A stretch of DNA of 64,000 nt from NCBI GenBank assembly GCA_010909165.1, contig MU008203.1, forward strand, positions 186,001-250,000, given 5' to 3'. Origin of the DNA: Anthoceros angustus. Lineage: Eukaryota; Plantae; Anthocerotophyta. Position 1 is the stretch's first letter. Every line of letters starts with the position of its first letter. The translations under genes were made by a program, and so were the position numbers. The notes beneath the pieces are model-generated. The model did no database searches, was not told the DNA's origin, and worked only from the letters and a program-made list of their open reading frames with translations. Positions 13,501 to 23,724 of the stretch are shown piece after piece.

Positions 13501-14353
13501 CGCATGAAAAGCTGAAATTGTTTGCACTAGAGGCGTCTGTGGAGCTGTGCAGAACTGTGGCAAATTATTGGCTCTATCGTCCATCACACCAAGGTCAGGA
13601 AACAATTCTGACGTGACATCAGCCCTTAGAATGATGATGATCTTGGAAGGGTGTCAACTTGACGCCTTTTGATGGAGAAGAGGCAGGAAACTCTTGTGCG
13701 GGGTCCAAGACTTACATGCCTTCTCCTCGTAATTCCTTCAAGCTAAACTCTTGATGAGCCTAATAAAATCTCTACCGGTGAATGCGTCGCCCATGCCTCA
13801 CAATTGGAATCAGCAAGGAGGAGTCGAGGCAGATTGCATTTGCCATTCACCTTACATTATTTACACCACCCTCCCGGCGAGATACCAGTGAAACATTTCA
13901 CGCAACCTCTATAGACATGTGAGCCTCTATCGTAATCACTGCGGTGATGCGAGGCACAAGGCGGGTGGGTCGTCCTCCTCCAACTGAGCGACCACCGTGT
14001 TCAAGTCAAGCTTCATTTTGCAAGTTCGGTCATGGCCAGCTTTGGAGCTTGGCCTCGCGAGCGCGTGGTATAGGGCACTTTCAGAGTTTGCACTTCTTCA
14101 AACTAAAGATGGGTTCAGGAATACATAGACATATGGGTACAATATGAAGTACATATAGTATAACTATATTATACATTACATTACGGTTAGTGAAGCGGTG
14201 ACGGGCGTGCGAAATGCCGTCGCTCCGAACGGGAGAGTGGATGAGAGCGATGGCATGACCGCTGAGGTGTGACATGCTCACCATGGTGAGTTGGCGCTTT
14301 GGTTTCCGAGCTCGCATTAAGAGCACAGTGATCATTAGCGCCTGCGGCTCATG
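10530..14353. mobile_element. Inner element 2, bounded by ~320-bp TIRs (10530-10849 / 14032-14353)
   Basis: 10530-10849 is the reverse complement of 14032-14353 with scattered substitutions (the ORF track shows the same pseudo-peptide on opposite strands). Confidence 0.85.
10890..13136 (+). pseudogene. Second MULE/SWIM transposase, frameshifted
   Basis: MDATFGTNK, SDCMAEINGI, CLWHVRRAWLRQLLKKV, SSIEAYH, SWIM-like CKQGTRGFMCKHQLKV; fragmented across frames. Confidence 0.85.
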
Positions 14354-14710
14354 ACATGGCATGTCTGTTCGCCAGGCCGTACCCTGGCGAACAGGCCTAG
14401 CCGGTATTTGCCTCCTCCGAGATATCCATAAAGGGACATTTCGTGTGCACTTTGCTAATGAAACGTGAAACATGCCCCGCTTTACCAGGCTTTAGACTGT
14501 GAGCCTCACAGGGGCTCAAAATCAACCGCCAGACGTCCAGCTGATTCGATTAAACCTGTTGGTACAGTTCCCAAACAGGTGCCCCGTAATCACGTCCTCA
14601 GTGCTAGCTGTGGCTCAACTTCAAACAGGAAGGTGCTACCCAGGTGTGCAGCCCTCCCAGCCATCTTCTTGGGCGTGGGCGGAGCAAGGCTTGCTCTATT
14701 TGCTCGACGA

Positions 14711-17234
14711 CTAGATCAAAATGTTAAGGTCTTCATCTAAATCATCTGAAGAGTGCGTTTCCTGAAGCCTTGGCTGAGAGATTTTCCTAACCTCCAGAAA
14801 CATTTCATCATGATGAAGAAGTGTAAGCATAACTTCCTTGTAGCACTCCTCGGGTGTGCTGATATTAGGTAACATCCCCTGCCACAGTGTCTTCCGGGCA
14901 GCGTTCTGTTCAGCGGCTTTACCGTTCCTCTTAGCTTTCTTCTTGCTCGAGGACACGTTGAGAGGCCTTCTGTATATCATGAATGGCTTGAAGGTCATGA
15001 ACTGCTGGGATGCAGGAACAGAAGATCCAAAATCCCATAAGTAGTGGTGGGCTTTAGCACGGTGCTCTTCAGCAAACTGCTTCAGCGTAGTCTTGATGTA
15101 GGCATCGTGTGGAAGAAATAGCGCAGACATCATCTCCCTGGCCCGCTCGTTAAGAGAGGCGAGTTTGATCAGCCTGCTTGCAAACTCGTTGAATGAATTT
15201 GCCTTGAAATTTGATATGAATTTGTCGAACTGCAACCTGGCAGCCTTTATGTCGGTTTCCGAGAAATCTTTGTATCTGTCCAGCATTGTTACTGCACCCC
15301 CCTCAACTACTAGATGGTACGAGATGATGAGCATGGAGACCAACCTATCTAGGGGAGCGTAGCCAGGAATAGACCAGTTGCTGAAATCTTCCCGCGCGAT
15401 ATGAATAGACCTATGGCCGGGGCCCTCTTCCACAAAGTCCTTGCGAAGCTCCCCAGCGTTTCTGTGATCGGAGAGTTGAAAAGCTATCTTGCATTTCCTT
15501 ATCTTCACAACAGCAGATTCTATGCGGCCTCGAATGTGGAAGTACAAATTTCCGTAGAGGTCGTTGCGTGGAACATGAAACCGCTTCTCACTCGTAATCT
15601 ACAAGGTGGCAGCATTTCCATTTGTTAGGACTGCATAGCAGCAGTGGAAGATACACGTGTGCAAATGAGATGCCTCAAGACTGGACATCGAAGCATACCA
15701 TTACCTGGTGGATAGGCCAACCACCAAGAGGTTCACGCCGTGTCGACACGGCTGTCCAGCCAGCACGTGGGTTGTCAATGGCTGACACCAGAGTTGGGTT
15801 GGGGAGGCAATGGTGGTAGGAGGATTGAGCTGCAAACGGCAGGAGGAGCCCCGACTCAGCAAACTTTTCCAGGGCAGAGTAATGTGGCTCCAGCAGAAAC
15901 CCATCGATTCCTTCCGCATCCATAACCTCATATAGTCCGAGAACCGCTCCCCGACTTGCAGTCTTAGGTTCCATGGTTGAAAGTCCCATCAGAGTGAGGC
16001 ACTTATACACCTCAAGCCCATGGATTCTGACAGACAAGCTGGAACCCGAGCATGTAATCTGCTTTACAATGCCAAATAGAACGTCATCATTGTAACCGGC
16101 ACTGAGTTTCACCATGTCTTCTTGGATATCCAAGATGTGACGGTGAGGTTGGAATTGAGATGGTGGCGGTGGAACGCTGCTGCAAGGTAGGATATTAGGA
16201 GTCGTGTTTAGAAGCTGTACGATGGTGTCCATGAGCAGCAGGTATTGGCTCGGAGTCAATTCTGCAGAGTACCATATGGCAATCACTGCATCCAAGGCAC
16301 TGGAGTCAAGCTCACCAGATGCCATTCGCAGAAGAAGGGAGCACAAGATCAAGTTCCGTGCAACGGCCTGACAGTGACGCGTCTGGACATGGATTTGTAA
16401 TTCCCCTGCATATCCTTCATCAAGCTGGTGGAGAGTTTCAATCAGGTTGTTCAGATCAACCGAGTCCATCAGAAGTATCCGGAAAGGGCTTGCCATATTT
16501 CGAGCATTTCTCATCCCCCCCAGTACTCCAAAAGCAGGGACGCGATCCCAGAGTCTCACCGGACTGGGATGTGCTGCTCTCTTGTTCTCCTCAGCATGAT
16601 CAAGCAGTGCCTTCATCGTCACCCGGTCACGTTCCAACGAATCCTGCAAAGCTCTCGCGCATTCAACCTCATGCACCAATTTCCCGTGCGCTATCCGGCA
16701 CTTCCTACTGCAATACGCAACCAGCTCACAACGAGGGCACGAACTTGTGGCTGGCTTACGGCAACACTTGCCGTACCGTGGACTCAGGTTTGCACAGGGT
16801 AATCTCCTAGGCGTCTCCAGAAACACGCCCGATCCGTAACGGACGACCCTGCCCGCATCACGGAGGTGCTTGAGGAACTCCGAGAAGAAGATGGCAGGGT
16901 ATATCCCTTGCGACAAGCAAAGCTTCGCTATGGAGAGCAGGGTCCTCCCGGTGCGTTGGCACCGAGCCTGCATTGGATGAAAAGGGTGCGAGGGATCATC
17001 AGCGGAAGTGTCAGCCACATCCACAAACTCTCCGCCTAATTCCGCAACCAGCTGAGGAAAGCGCACCAGACACGCTGTCACCAGGGATTTGATCTTGTAT
17101 GATGCTGGAAGGGGCTCAATAAGATCTGACAAGGCTGTCAAGTCCATCAATGGAACTGCCGTTTCCTTGAGCAAGATCACCTTCCTGGAATATGAGTAGA
17201 GAAGCTCCCCCCACGAAGTCTCGCTGCAATCCAT
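14711..17234 (-). CDS. MYND zinc finger + DUF4470-like protein, copy 3 (exons 17234-15705, 15598-14711)
   Basis: Paralog of copy 2 with the same phase-0 intron; ITSEKRFHVPRNDLYGNLYFHIRG after splicing. Confidence 0.85.
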
Positions 17235-17329
17235 TGGCGCTCACAAGAAAATGCCTCAGTCCCCTGAAGAACTGCACTCACCCGCGCAGCCTGCACATCA
17301 GTACCCTAAGCCACTTTAAGGCCACGTCA

Positions 17330-17610
17330 GCACGAAGGACTAGCGTCCTCAAGTCTTGGACGGAAGTTGGGACATCCACTATGTCTGAAGTAGGTTTGTC
17401 CTTCGGGTAAGGACAAACCTCCTTGACCTACTCGACTGGGGATGTTCAAAATTTTGCAGTCGATGTTCACCCATTTCCCGCGTACTTTCTTGGTGGTGTC
17501 TTCCAGTGGCTCGAGGCAGACGAAGAATTGCCTGGTGTAGATTAGAGAAGGAAAAACCGCGCGGTACAAGATCAGGGCTCCGTCCAGATTCAGTGTCACA
17601 TGCGCCACAC
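17330..17610 (-). mobile_element. Probable L1-type LINE fragment (region downstream of RT)
   Basis: TLNLDGALILYRAVFPSLIY...KW...KILNIPSRVGQGGLSLP resembles the L..GR..L...V..S...Y / W....PK..GGLG motifs; replaces the upstream region seen in MYND copies 1 and 2. Confidence 0.45.
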
Positions 17611-17756
17611 ACCCGTCCAGTTAAGTTTTCTGTCCATTCCTTCGCCTCAAAGAGTGACGTGAGTCAGGATTGATGTCCTCGGTATCGATATACTTGCCCA
17701 TACATAAACAATATGTAGGTCCTCCTGTTTGTAGTTTATGACCGCACCTCGATATG

Positions 17757-20126
17757 CTATGCAGCTTCAGGGGGAGCTGCATCTGGAGACTCATCCTTGA
17801 CAGCTGCATCTGGAGACTCATCCGTGGCAGCTGCATCTGGAGACTCATTCTTGGCAGCTGCATCTGGAGACTCATCCTTGGCAGCTGCATCTGGAGACTC
17901 ATCGTTGGCAGCTGCATCTGGAGACTCATCCTTGGCAGCTGCATCTGGAAACTCATCTTTGGCAGCTACATCTGGAGACTCATTCTTGGTGGTTTGCATG
18001 TCGCGGACAGGTACAACATGGGTATACTTAATTTGCAGCCAGTCTTCAAGATGTACTCGATAAGAATCCCTTTGATCAGGACGACAAGTATCCCCGGGAT
18101 GGGGCCTATGTAACACCATACATCTGCCAGTAAGAGGGTCCACCACCTTCTTCTTTGATCCATCCAGATTCATAATATGACACCCCAGTCGGACTAAGAA
18201 TTGCACCAACGTACTCCATTTTAAAGTGCCCTTCACTTTCCTCCATAAAATGTCTCGGGTGGATAGATCAGCCTCCTTAACCGGTCGAATGACAGGAGGC
18301 AATCCATCAACCTCTGATCCATCACCACTCGTGGAAGTAGGTGTAAAGATCTGACATGAACTTCCACCTGAAGTGGAGGAGGGGTTTGATGTTTCTGGGT
18401 GTCCTCTTGTCTTGATCTTTTCCCGGGTGGGAAGAGGCACATATTTCTCCAGGCTTCCATCCCCGACTTCCCAAAACAAATCTGAGACCGCTGGTGTCGT
18501 TTGGGGAACAGATCGATCTTCAACTATGTCAGCTCGTAGTCTGCCATTGCATCAGCAATAGTGAGTCACACTGCCCTGGCCGGGCTATAAGAAAGAGTGC
18601 TACAACAAACCAAGAAACTTTGGTGAAGTCAGGGTCAAAAGAAATGACCTGTTTTGGGCACTCAGGGTCCGCTTCTTCTTCTTGGCAACCTCCTTCCTGT
18701 GCTGGTATCGTCGAACCGCTTGCAATGGCAGGAGGGAATGTTCATACTTCTTGAACTCTGGCCGGATGGTCCCATGATACAGAGGGATATACTTGTTCTT
18801 GAAAGCCTCAAACATCTCGGCAGTCAATCCCTTGGATTCCGAAACAAGGGACGGAAGCCGTGTGAAGGAGCCAAGATTTGCCCGACGAACTTGTGCCTCT
18901 CTGACAAACAACGTCTCAAGCAAAGAGAGAGGTTTTCTGGGAACGGGAACCCGTTTCACATCCCCCATCAAGACATCATAATCATCCCCGGTGCATGTCA
19001 CCGCTGCGGAATGGTCATCGAACGTATACTTAAGAATAGCTGCCTTGATCTCCTTCTCGGTTGCCACCAAACTTGCCGCAAGCAGGAGCACCTCAATAAC
19101 CCTAAACCTGGTGCTCAGCTCGTCGATAATCGTCATAATTTGCACTGGTACATCCTGCATCTGCTCCCTGAATTCAGTGGCCCGACTGAAGGCAGAAAAC
19201 AACGATGACATCAAGGGAAAATCATGCAGGGCAGCAACACCGAGCTTCATGATGAGGAGGTGCACGTCCAAGCCGGCCTCCAATGCCTCCCACTCCCTGC
19301 CAGGGTAAAAGGGAAAGGGATTCTTGTTGATGATATCCATGTGCAGCATTCTCCGTAATTGCTCCAGCTCATCCTGAGCAGACTTCGTAGACCAGAACAA
19401 ATGAGCTATGCACTCCAACAAACAAGACTTGGCTTTCTCCTCCATCACTACAGAGCCATCAAGAGCCTTATCATATTTCTGCAAATACGTCACAAACACC
19501 TCTGCAGTGAGTTCCAATGTCCGCCAGAAAGAACGCTGGCTCTCAAGCCGCAGGAAGTAGGACAAGATCTTGGCAACGCTGGCCTTGCTCCGCGAACCCG
19601 ACACATCCACGTTATAATACCTGGACATTGCCCCTGCAAACTCTGTGAGACCCCTCTCGTATAAGACAGCAGCGTCTGCGAAACTGTCGTAGCATTCCAG
19701 CAAGATGTTGGCATGGTTGGCAAAGAAATAGCGCTGCTCCGCGGCCAGCCCCTGCAGCTGGAGAAATTGGCTCAGCAGGCACGCCTGCTGAGCGTCCGGG
19801 GACTTCCGCACTTCCTCAGGCACATACACCGCAGGCAGTTTGATGTCGCGCGCTTTGAGCGGCTTGGGGTCATCTGGGAAAAGAACCTGCTGCATCTCCA
19901 GCCACCGCTTGCCCACCAGCTCCCGCAAGTGCCCATTTCGGATTGTGGCCAGCAACGCAGGGTACTGGGGCACTCCGCTCTCCGGGAGTCTGAAGTAGTT
20001 TGAAGACGTAGCCTCCTCCCAATCCTGGGAGCATTCCAGACATATGTCCCGCTGATGCCCACAGTAGCGCACATTGTTCAGCACAGTTGTGATACCCTCT
20101 TGTGGAGGACGGTTGAACCTCGACAT
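17757..20126 (-). CDS. Uncharacterised protein: N-terminal Cys/His motif, long helical region, C-terminal HicA-like domain and acidic repeat tail (exons 20126-18649, 18540-17757)
   Basis: Phase-2 intron 18648-18541 (AAC AG|GTCA...GGCAG|A CTA) joins the 508-aa and 240-aa ORFs in frame. N-terminal CGHQRDICLEC; exon 2 GTLKWSTLVQFLVRLGC...DGS...VLHRPHP. Confidence 0.8.
17772..17987 (-). repeat. 27-bp coding tandem repeat, 8 units (KDESPDAAA-like)
   Basis: Unit ggcagctgcatctggagactcatcctt repeated with variants. Confidence 0.95.
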
Positions 20127-20554
20127 GGTTACTTGACAATGTCAAGCTTCAAGCGCCTCATCTTCACTCCTCGTCCTGTCCCGCTGATGTCGTACCCTCT
20201 TCCGGAGGCCGATGGCACCTCGACTTTGTTGCTCGCAATCAAGCCCTCCTCGTCCTCCTCCAGGCTGCTTCTGGCACTGGGTCTGCATCCTCAAACTCTC
20301 CAAAAATCCGCCTGCCTGCGATCGACACACCCGTCGTCGGAATTGCTCCCTGTCTCCGTGCCACAAGCCAGCATCACTCTCTTGGGATACAGCAATCGCA
20401 ATTACCGACATCACTCTCTTCCTGCTCTTGGTATCTCTTCCCCTCAAAGAAAGACGTGGAGCTTCACATAGGGTGAAGAGCCTATACCCAGGTCTGTAAA
20501 TGGCATATGGCCGTAAGCATGGGTAATCACTAAACCCTAAAACCTACTTATTCT

Positions 20555-20997
20555 TAACATGTGTCTTCTTGTTTCAATCTTTTCCCGGGCTGAAGGGAAC
20601 ACAGATCCCTCCACACTTCCATCTCCCACCTTCCAGAATAAATGTGTATCTACAATGGAACACATCGGTCTTCAAGTATGTCAGCCAGAGACCTGTAATT
20701 TGCGGCAGCAAGTGAGCGACTGAGTCAAGCTGGCCTCGTGGGCTAAAACAAATGCAACACTTCGCAAGTGAAGTTCTCAAGAGAGGCTGAAAGACAACTA
20801 TCTTCAAGGCAATGCAATCCGGGACCCAAAGAAATGATCCGTCTTTGGGCAGTCGAAGATTAGCTTCTTCTTAGCAACGATCATCCTGTGCTGGTACCGT
20901 CGAACCGCTTGCAAGGGGAGAAGAGAACGTTGGTGCTTCTTGAACTACGGACGGATGCTCCCGTGGTGAAGAGTAGAATACTTGTTCTCAAAAACCT
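20555..20997 (-). pseudogene. Partial duplicate of the 17757-20126 gene (end of exon 1, intron, start of exon 2)
   Basis: FENKYSTLHHGSIRP*FKKHQRSLLPLQAVRRYQH vs FKNKYIPLYHGTIRPEFKKYEHSLLPLQAVRRYQH; ADILEDRCVP and FWKVGDGSVE..SAREKIETRRH vs ADIVEDRSVP / FWEVGDGSLE..PTREKIKTRGH; in-frame stop. Confidence 0.85.
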
Positions 20998-21360
20998 GAA
21001 TTAATTACCGACTCCGCTTGCAAGTTGCAAGTTGCAACTTGCACGCAAAAACAGTCTGCGGAACGTGGGACACGACACTGTTGGTTGGCACGGTTTCCAC
21101 GCTCCACACTCCGTCTTTTTTGATCCCGCTGCCCATTCAAGTTCAAGCTGAATGATTCAGCTGGCATATGAATCGGGCTCGCCCGATGGGACGCACGTGA
21201 GGATCCGGCAGAAAGCGAGAGGCCCGGCGGTGGGTCGGTTGCAGATGCGGCCCGCAGATGCTGCACTAGCACAGGCAGATCGGGATCGGGATCGGGATCG
21301 AAGACCGAGTCAGGGCAGTTGCCGTTGATTTGAGCCGAAACCCGGCCCGTGCTGCGAGCA

Positions 21361-23553
21361 ATGCTCGCAACGATGGCGCTGGGCTTGATTCTGCGGCTGG
21401 CATTCTGCACCGTCCTCTTCCCGCTTCTGCACGGGGCCATTCCCTTACGAAGCTTCCAGGCAGATCCGAGGAACACCGCCGGGGTGGATCTGCTCCAGCT
21501 GCCTGCGGGGCAGACATACCTCGCCTTCCCCGCAGCCCAAGATCGGCATCCGACATCGGCCGCGGTGGCAACCAGGTTGCTGCACGGAAGCCCGGTCCAA
21601 TTCAAGGATGCGCAGAGCCGGGCGCTCTCCTTCAGCACGGCCTTCCAGGTGTGGGCGGCGGGGGCGACCTTGGCGGGCTACCGCGATGGCAGCAACGTGC
21701 TGGAAGGCCTGGCCTTCGTCCTGGTCCCGGACACCGCCACCCAAGGCGCTGCCGGGGGCTACATGGGCGTGCTGGACTCGGATTCCCCATCCTCGTCCAA
21801 TTCCAGCCAGACCTTCGCAGTGGAGATCGACACGTCCTTCACCTCCGAGTTCTCAGATCCGAGCTCCCTGCACATCGGCATCGACCTCAACACCATGACA
21901 TCCTCCTCGTCCGCCCCGATCCCATACGACTTCCCCGACTACGGCGCCTCGCTCTACGTCTGGATCGAGTACCACAGCCCGACGCAGATCCTGGAAACCA
22001 GAGTCTCCAACAATCCAAACCGGCCGGGCCTGCCCACGCTGGTGCAAACAATCGGGCTCGGGAGCTTGCTGGAGGATTCCATGTTTGTGGGTTTCTCAGC
22101 GTCCTTCAATCCGTGCTCCGGGCGGGACGATCAGGGGCAAGGCTGTGTTGGGTTTGTGGCGATCGAGAGATGGAGCTTCGAGACGTTCGAGGCCGAGTCA
22201 CCGGCTGTGCCGGCATCGCTGCCGATGAGGGAGTCGGCTTCCCAGAGGAACACCCGGACGCTCAAGGCGATTGTGCTCGTGTTGGGGCTGGCTGCTGTCG
22301 TGGGGATCGGGCTGTGGGCCTACTTCCGGTGGGAGGACGAGCAGCTCGCGCGCAATGTCGGGTATGTCGGCAGGCATGGGGCGCGGGAGTTCGGGTACAA
22401 GGAGCTGAGCGTGGCTACCGAGGGGTTCGCCGGGAAGCAGGCCATCGGGGGCGGGAGTGTGTTCCGGGGCTCGCTGCCCGGGGGGAAGGGGGACGCGGCT
22501 GTGAAAAAGGTGGCGGTGGAGTCCAAGGAGGAGGAGAGCCGGTTTGTGGCGAGGGCGCAGGCTCTGGCGCGGGCCCGGCTCCGGCATGACAGCCTGGTTC
22601 CGTTGTTGGGTTGGTGTTATGAGAAGGGCGAGCTTCTGGTGGTGTACGATTACATGCCCGGGGGTAGCCTGGATCGGCTTCTCTTCCAGGAGCACGGCTC
22701 TGCCTTGTCGTGGAAGAACAGGTATGTTTCCATGATGTGTGTTGTTGGGCTGGTATGAAAGGTGGGAGAAGGAGAAGAGAAGGTTTCATGTGACTGAATC
22801 ATGGTGGGTGGTTTGCAGGCTGAGGGCTGCGCGCGGGGTGGCCATGGCGGTGGTGTACTTGCATGAAGGAGCCCAGCAGCCCTTTCTGCACTGCAACATC
22901 AAGGCCAGCAATGTGATGCTGGACGCCAAGTTCAATGCCAGGCTTGGTGATTTCGGGTTTTTGTGCTCTGTGCAGCGTAACCGAGCAGCCAGTTTCGGCT
23001 ACCGGGCTCCTGAACTTCACCGCTCGTCAGCAGGTGGGGTTGCTGAGTGTGGATGGCATGATAGGAGTAGACACGCCTGTCTTCTCCCATGAGTTTTGCA
23101 GGTTTCAAGCATTGAAATGTGATCTGTGTCCTGATAGATCAAGCAACGGCGGCAACAGACGTTTACAGCTATGGAGTCTTCCTTCTCGAGGTTGCGTGTG
23201 GGAGGGTGCCTGTGGACGCGAAAGCACCGGAAGAGAGGGTGTTCTTAGTCGACTGGGTGTGGGAGCTCCATGCGCGGGGAAGGCTGATGGACGCGGCAGA
23301 TGCCACACTGCATGGACAGTACGATGCGCAGGAGATGGCGATGTTGATGCGTCTAGGGCTGGTGTGCTGCCACCCCGATCCTAGTGCGAGGCCGTCCATG
23401 CGACAGGTGTTGATGATGTTTGATGGAGCGCTGCCTCCTCCTGATCTACCCAAGTCCAGGCCAGTGACCGCCTTCGGTGACCGAGGGAAGGCTGAAATTG
23501 TGCAAGAGCTTAGAATGGAAGCTTGCCTGCAGGTGAGCGAGCGGCAACTGTGA
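21361..23553 (+). CDS. L-type lectin receptor-like kinase (probable pseudokinase); exons 21361-22721, 22819-23033, 23138-23553
   Basis: Signal peptide; legume-lectin motifs (FSTAF, EGLAFVL, FAVEIDT, HIGIDLN, MFVGFSAS); TM AIVLVLGLAAVVGIGLWAYF; kinase FGYKELSVAT, AVKK, LLGWC, DFG, GYRAPE, TDVYSYG, CCHPDPSARPSMRQV; all splice phases consistent. Confidence 0.92.
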
Positions 23554-23724
23554 CTTGCTGCAGAACCCGTCAATCTCAGGCAGGTGATTTATTCGACCGA
23601 AGTGATCAAGGTGGAGTTGACAGATGATTGAAAGGGATCACTGCGTCTCCAGTCCATGTCTTCTAGCTTTGTGGACACACAACTCATCTCTCGGAGATCA
23701 GTGGAGGAGGTCACATTGAATTGC

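Larger units (their letters stand above)
7376..14402. mobile_element. Composite Mutator-like (MULE) element with outer TIRs and 9-bp TSD
   Basis: Ends GGCTAGGCCT(7376).../...AGGCCTAGCC(14402); ~50-bp imperfect outer inverted arms. Right TSD ggtatttgc (14403-14411); left copy ggtat[tagccat]ttgc (7360-7375). Paralogous empty site ggtacttgg at 2680-2688. Confidence 0.75.

Noticed and set aside
13140-13760. Short ORFs after transposase 2 (possible second MULE gene)
   Set aside because: No recognisable motifs; stops in all frames
17772-17987. Possible CRISPR-like array
   Set aside because: Head-to-tail repeats without spacers, in frame within a eukaryotic CDS
17621-18113. ORFs with MSLQMQLPR / LILGSCIWR / AASGDSSL repeats
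   Set aside because: Alternative-frame and antisense read-outs of the 27-bp coding repeat
20528-20541. Telomere-like cactaaaccctaaa (also 46052 and 48142)
   Set aside because: One to two units only; a telo-box motif, not an interstitial telomere array
21330-22789. Long overlapping ORFs (419 aa +, several -) over the lectin kinase
   Set aside because: GC-rich shadow frames of the real CDS
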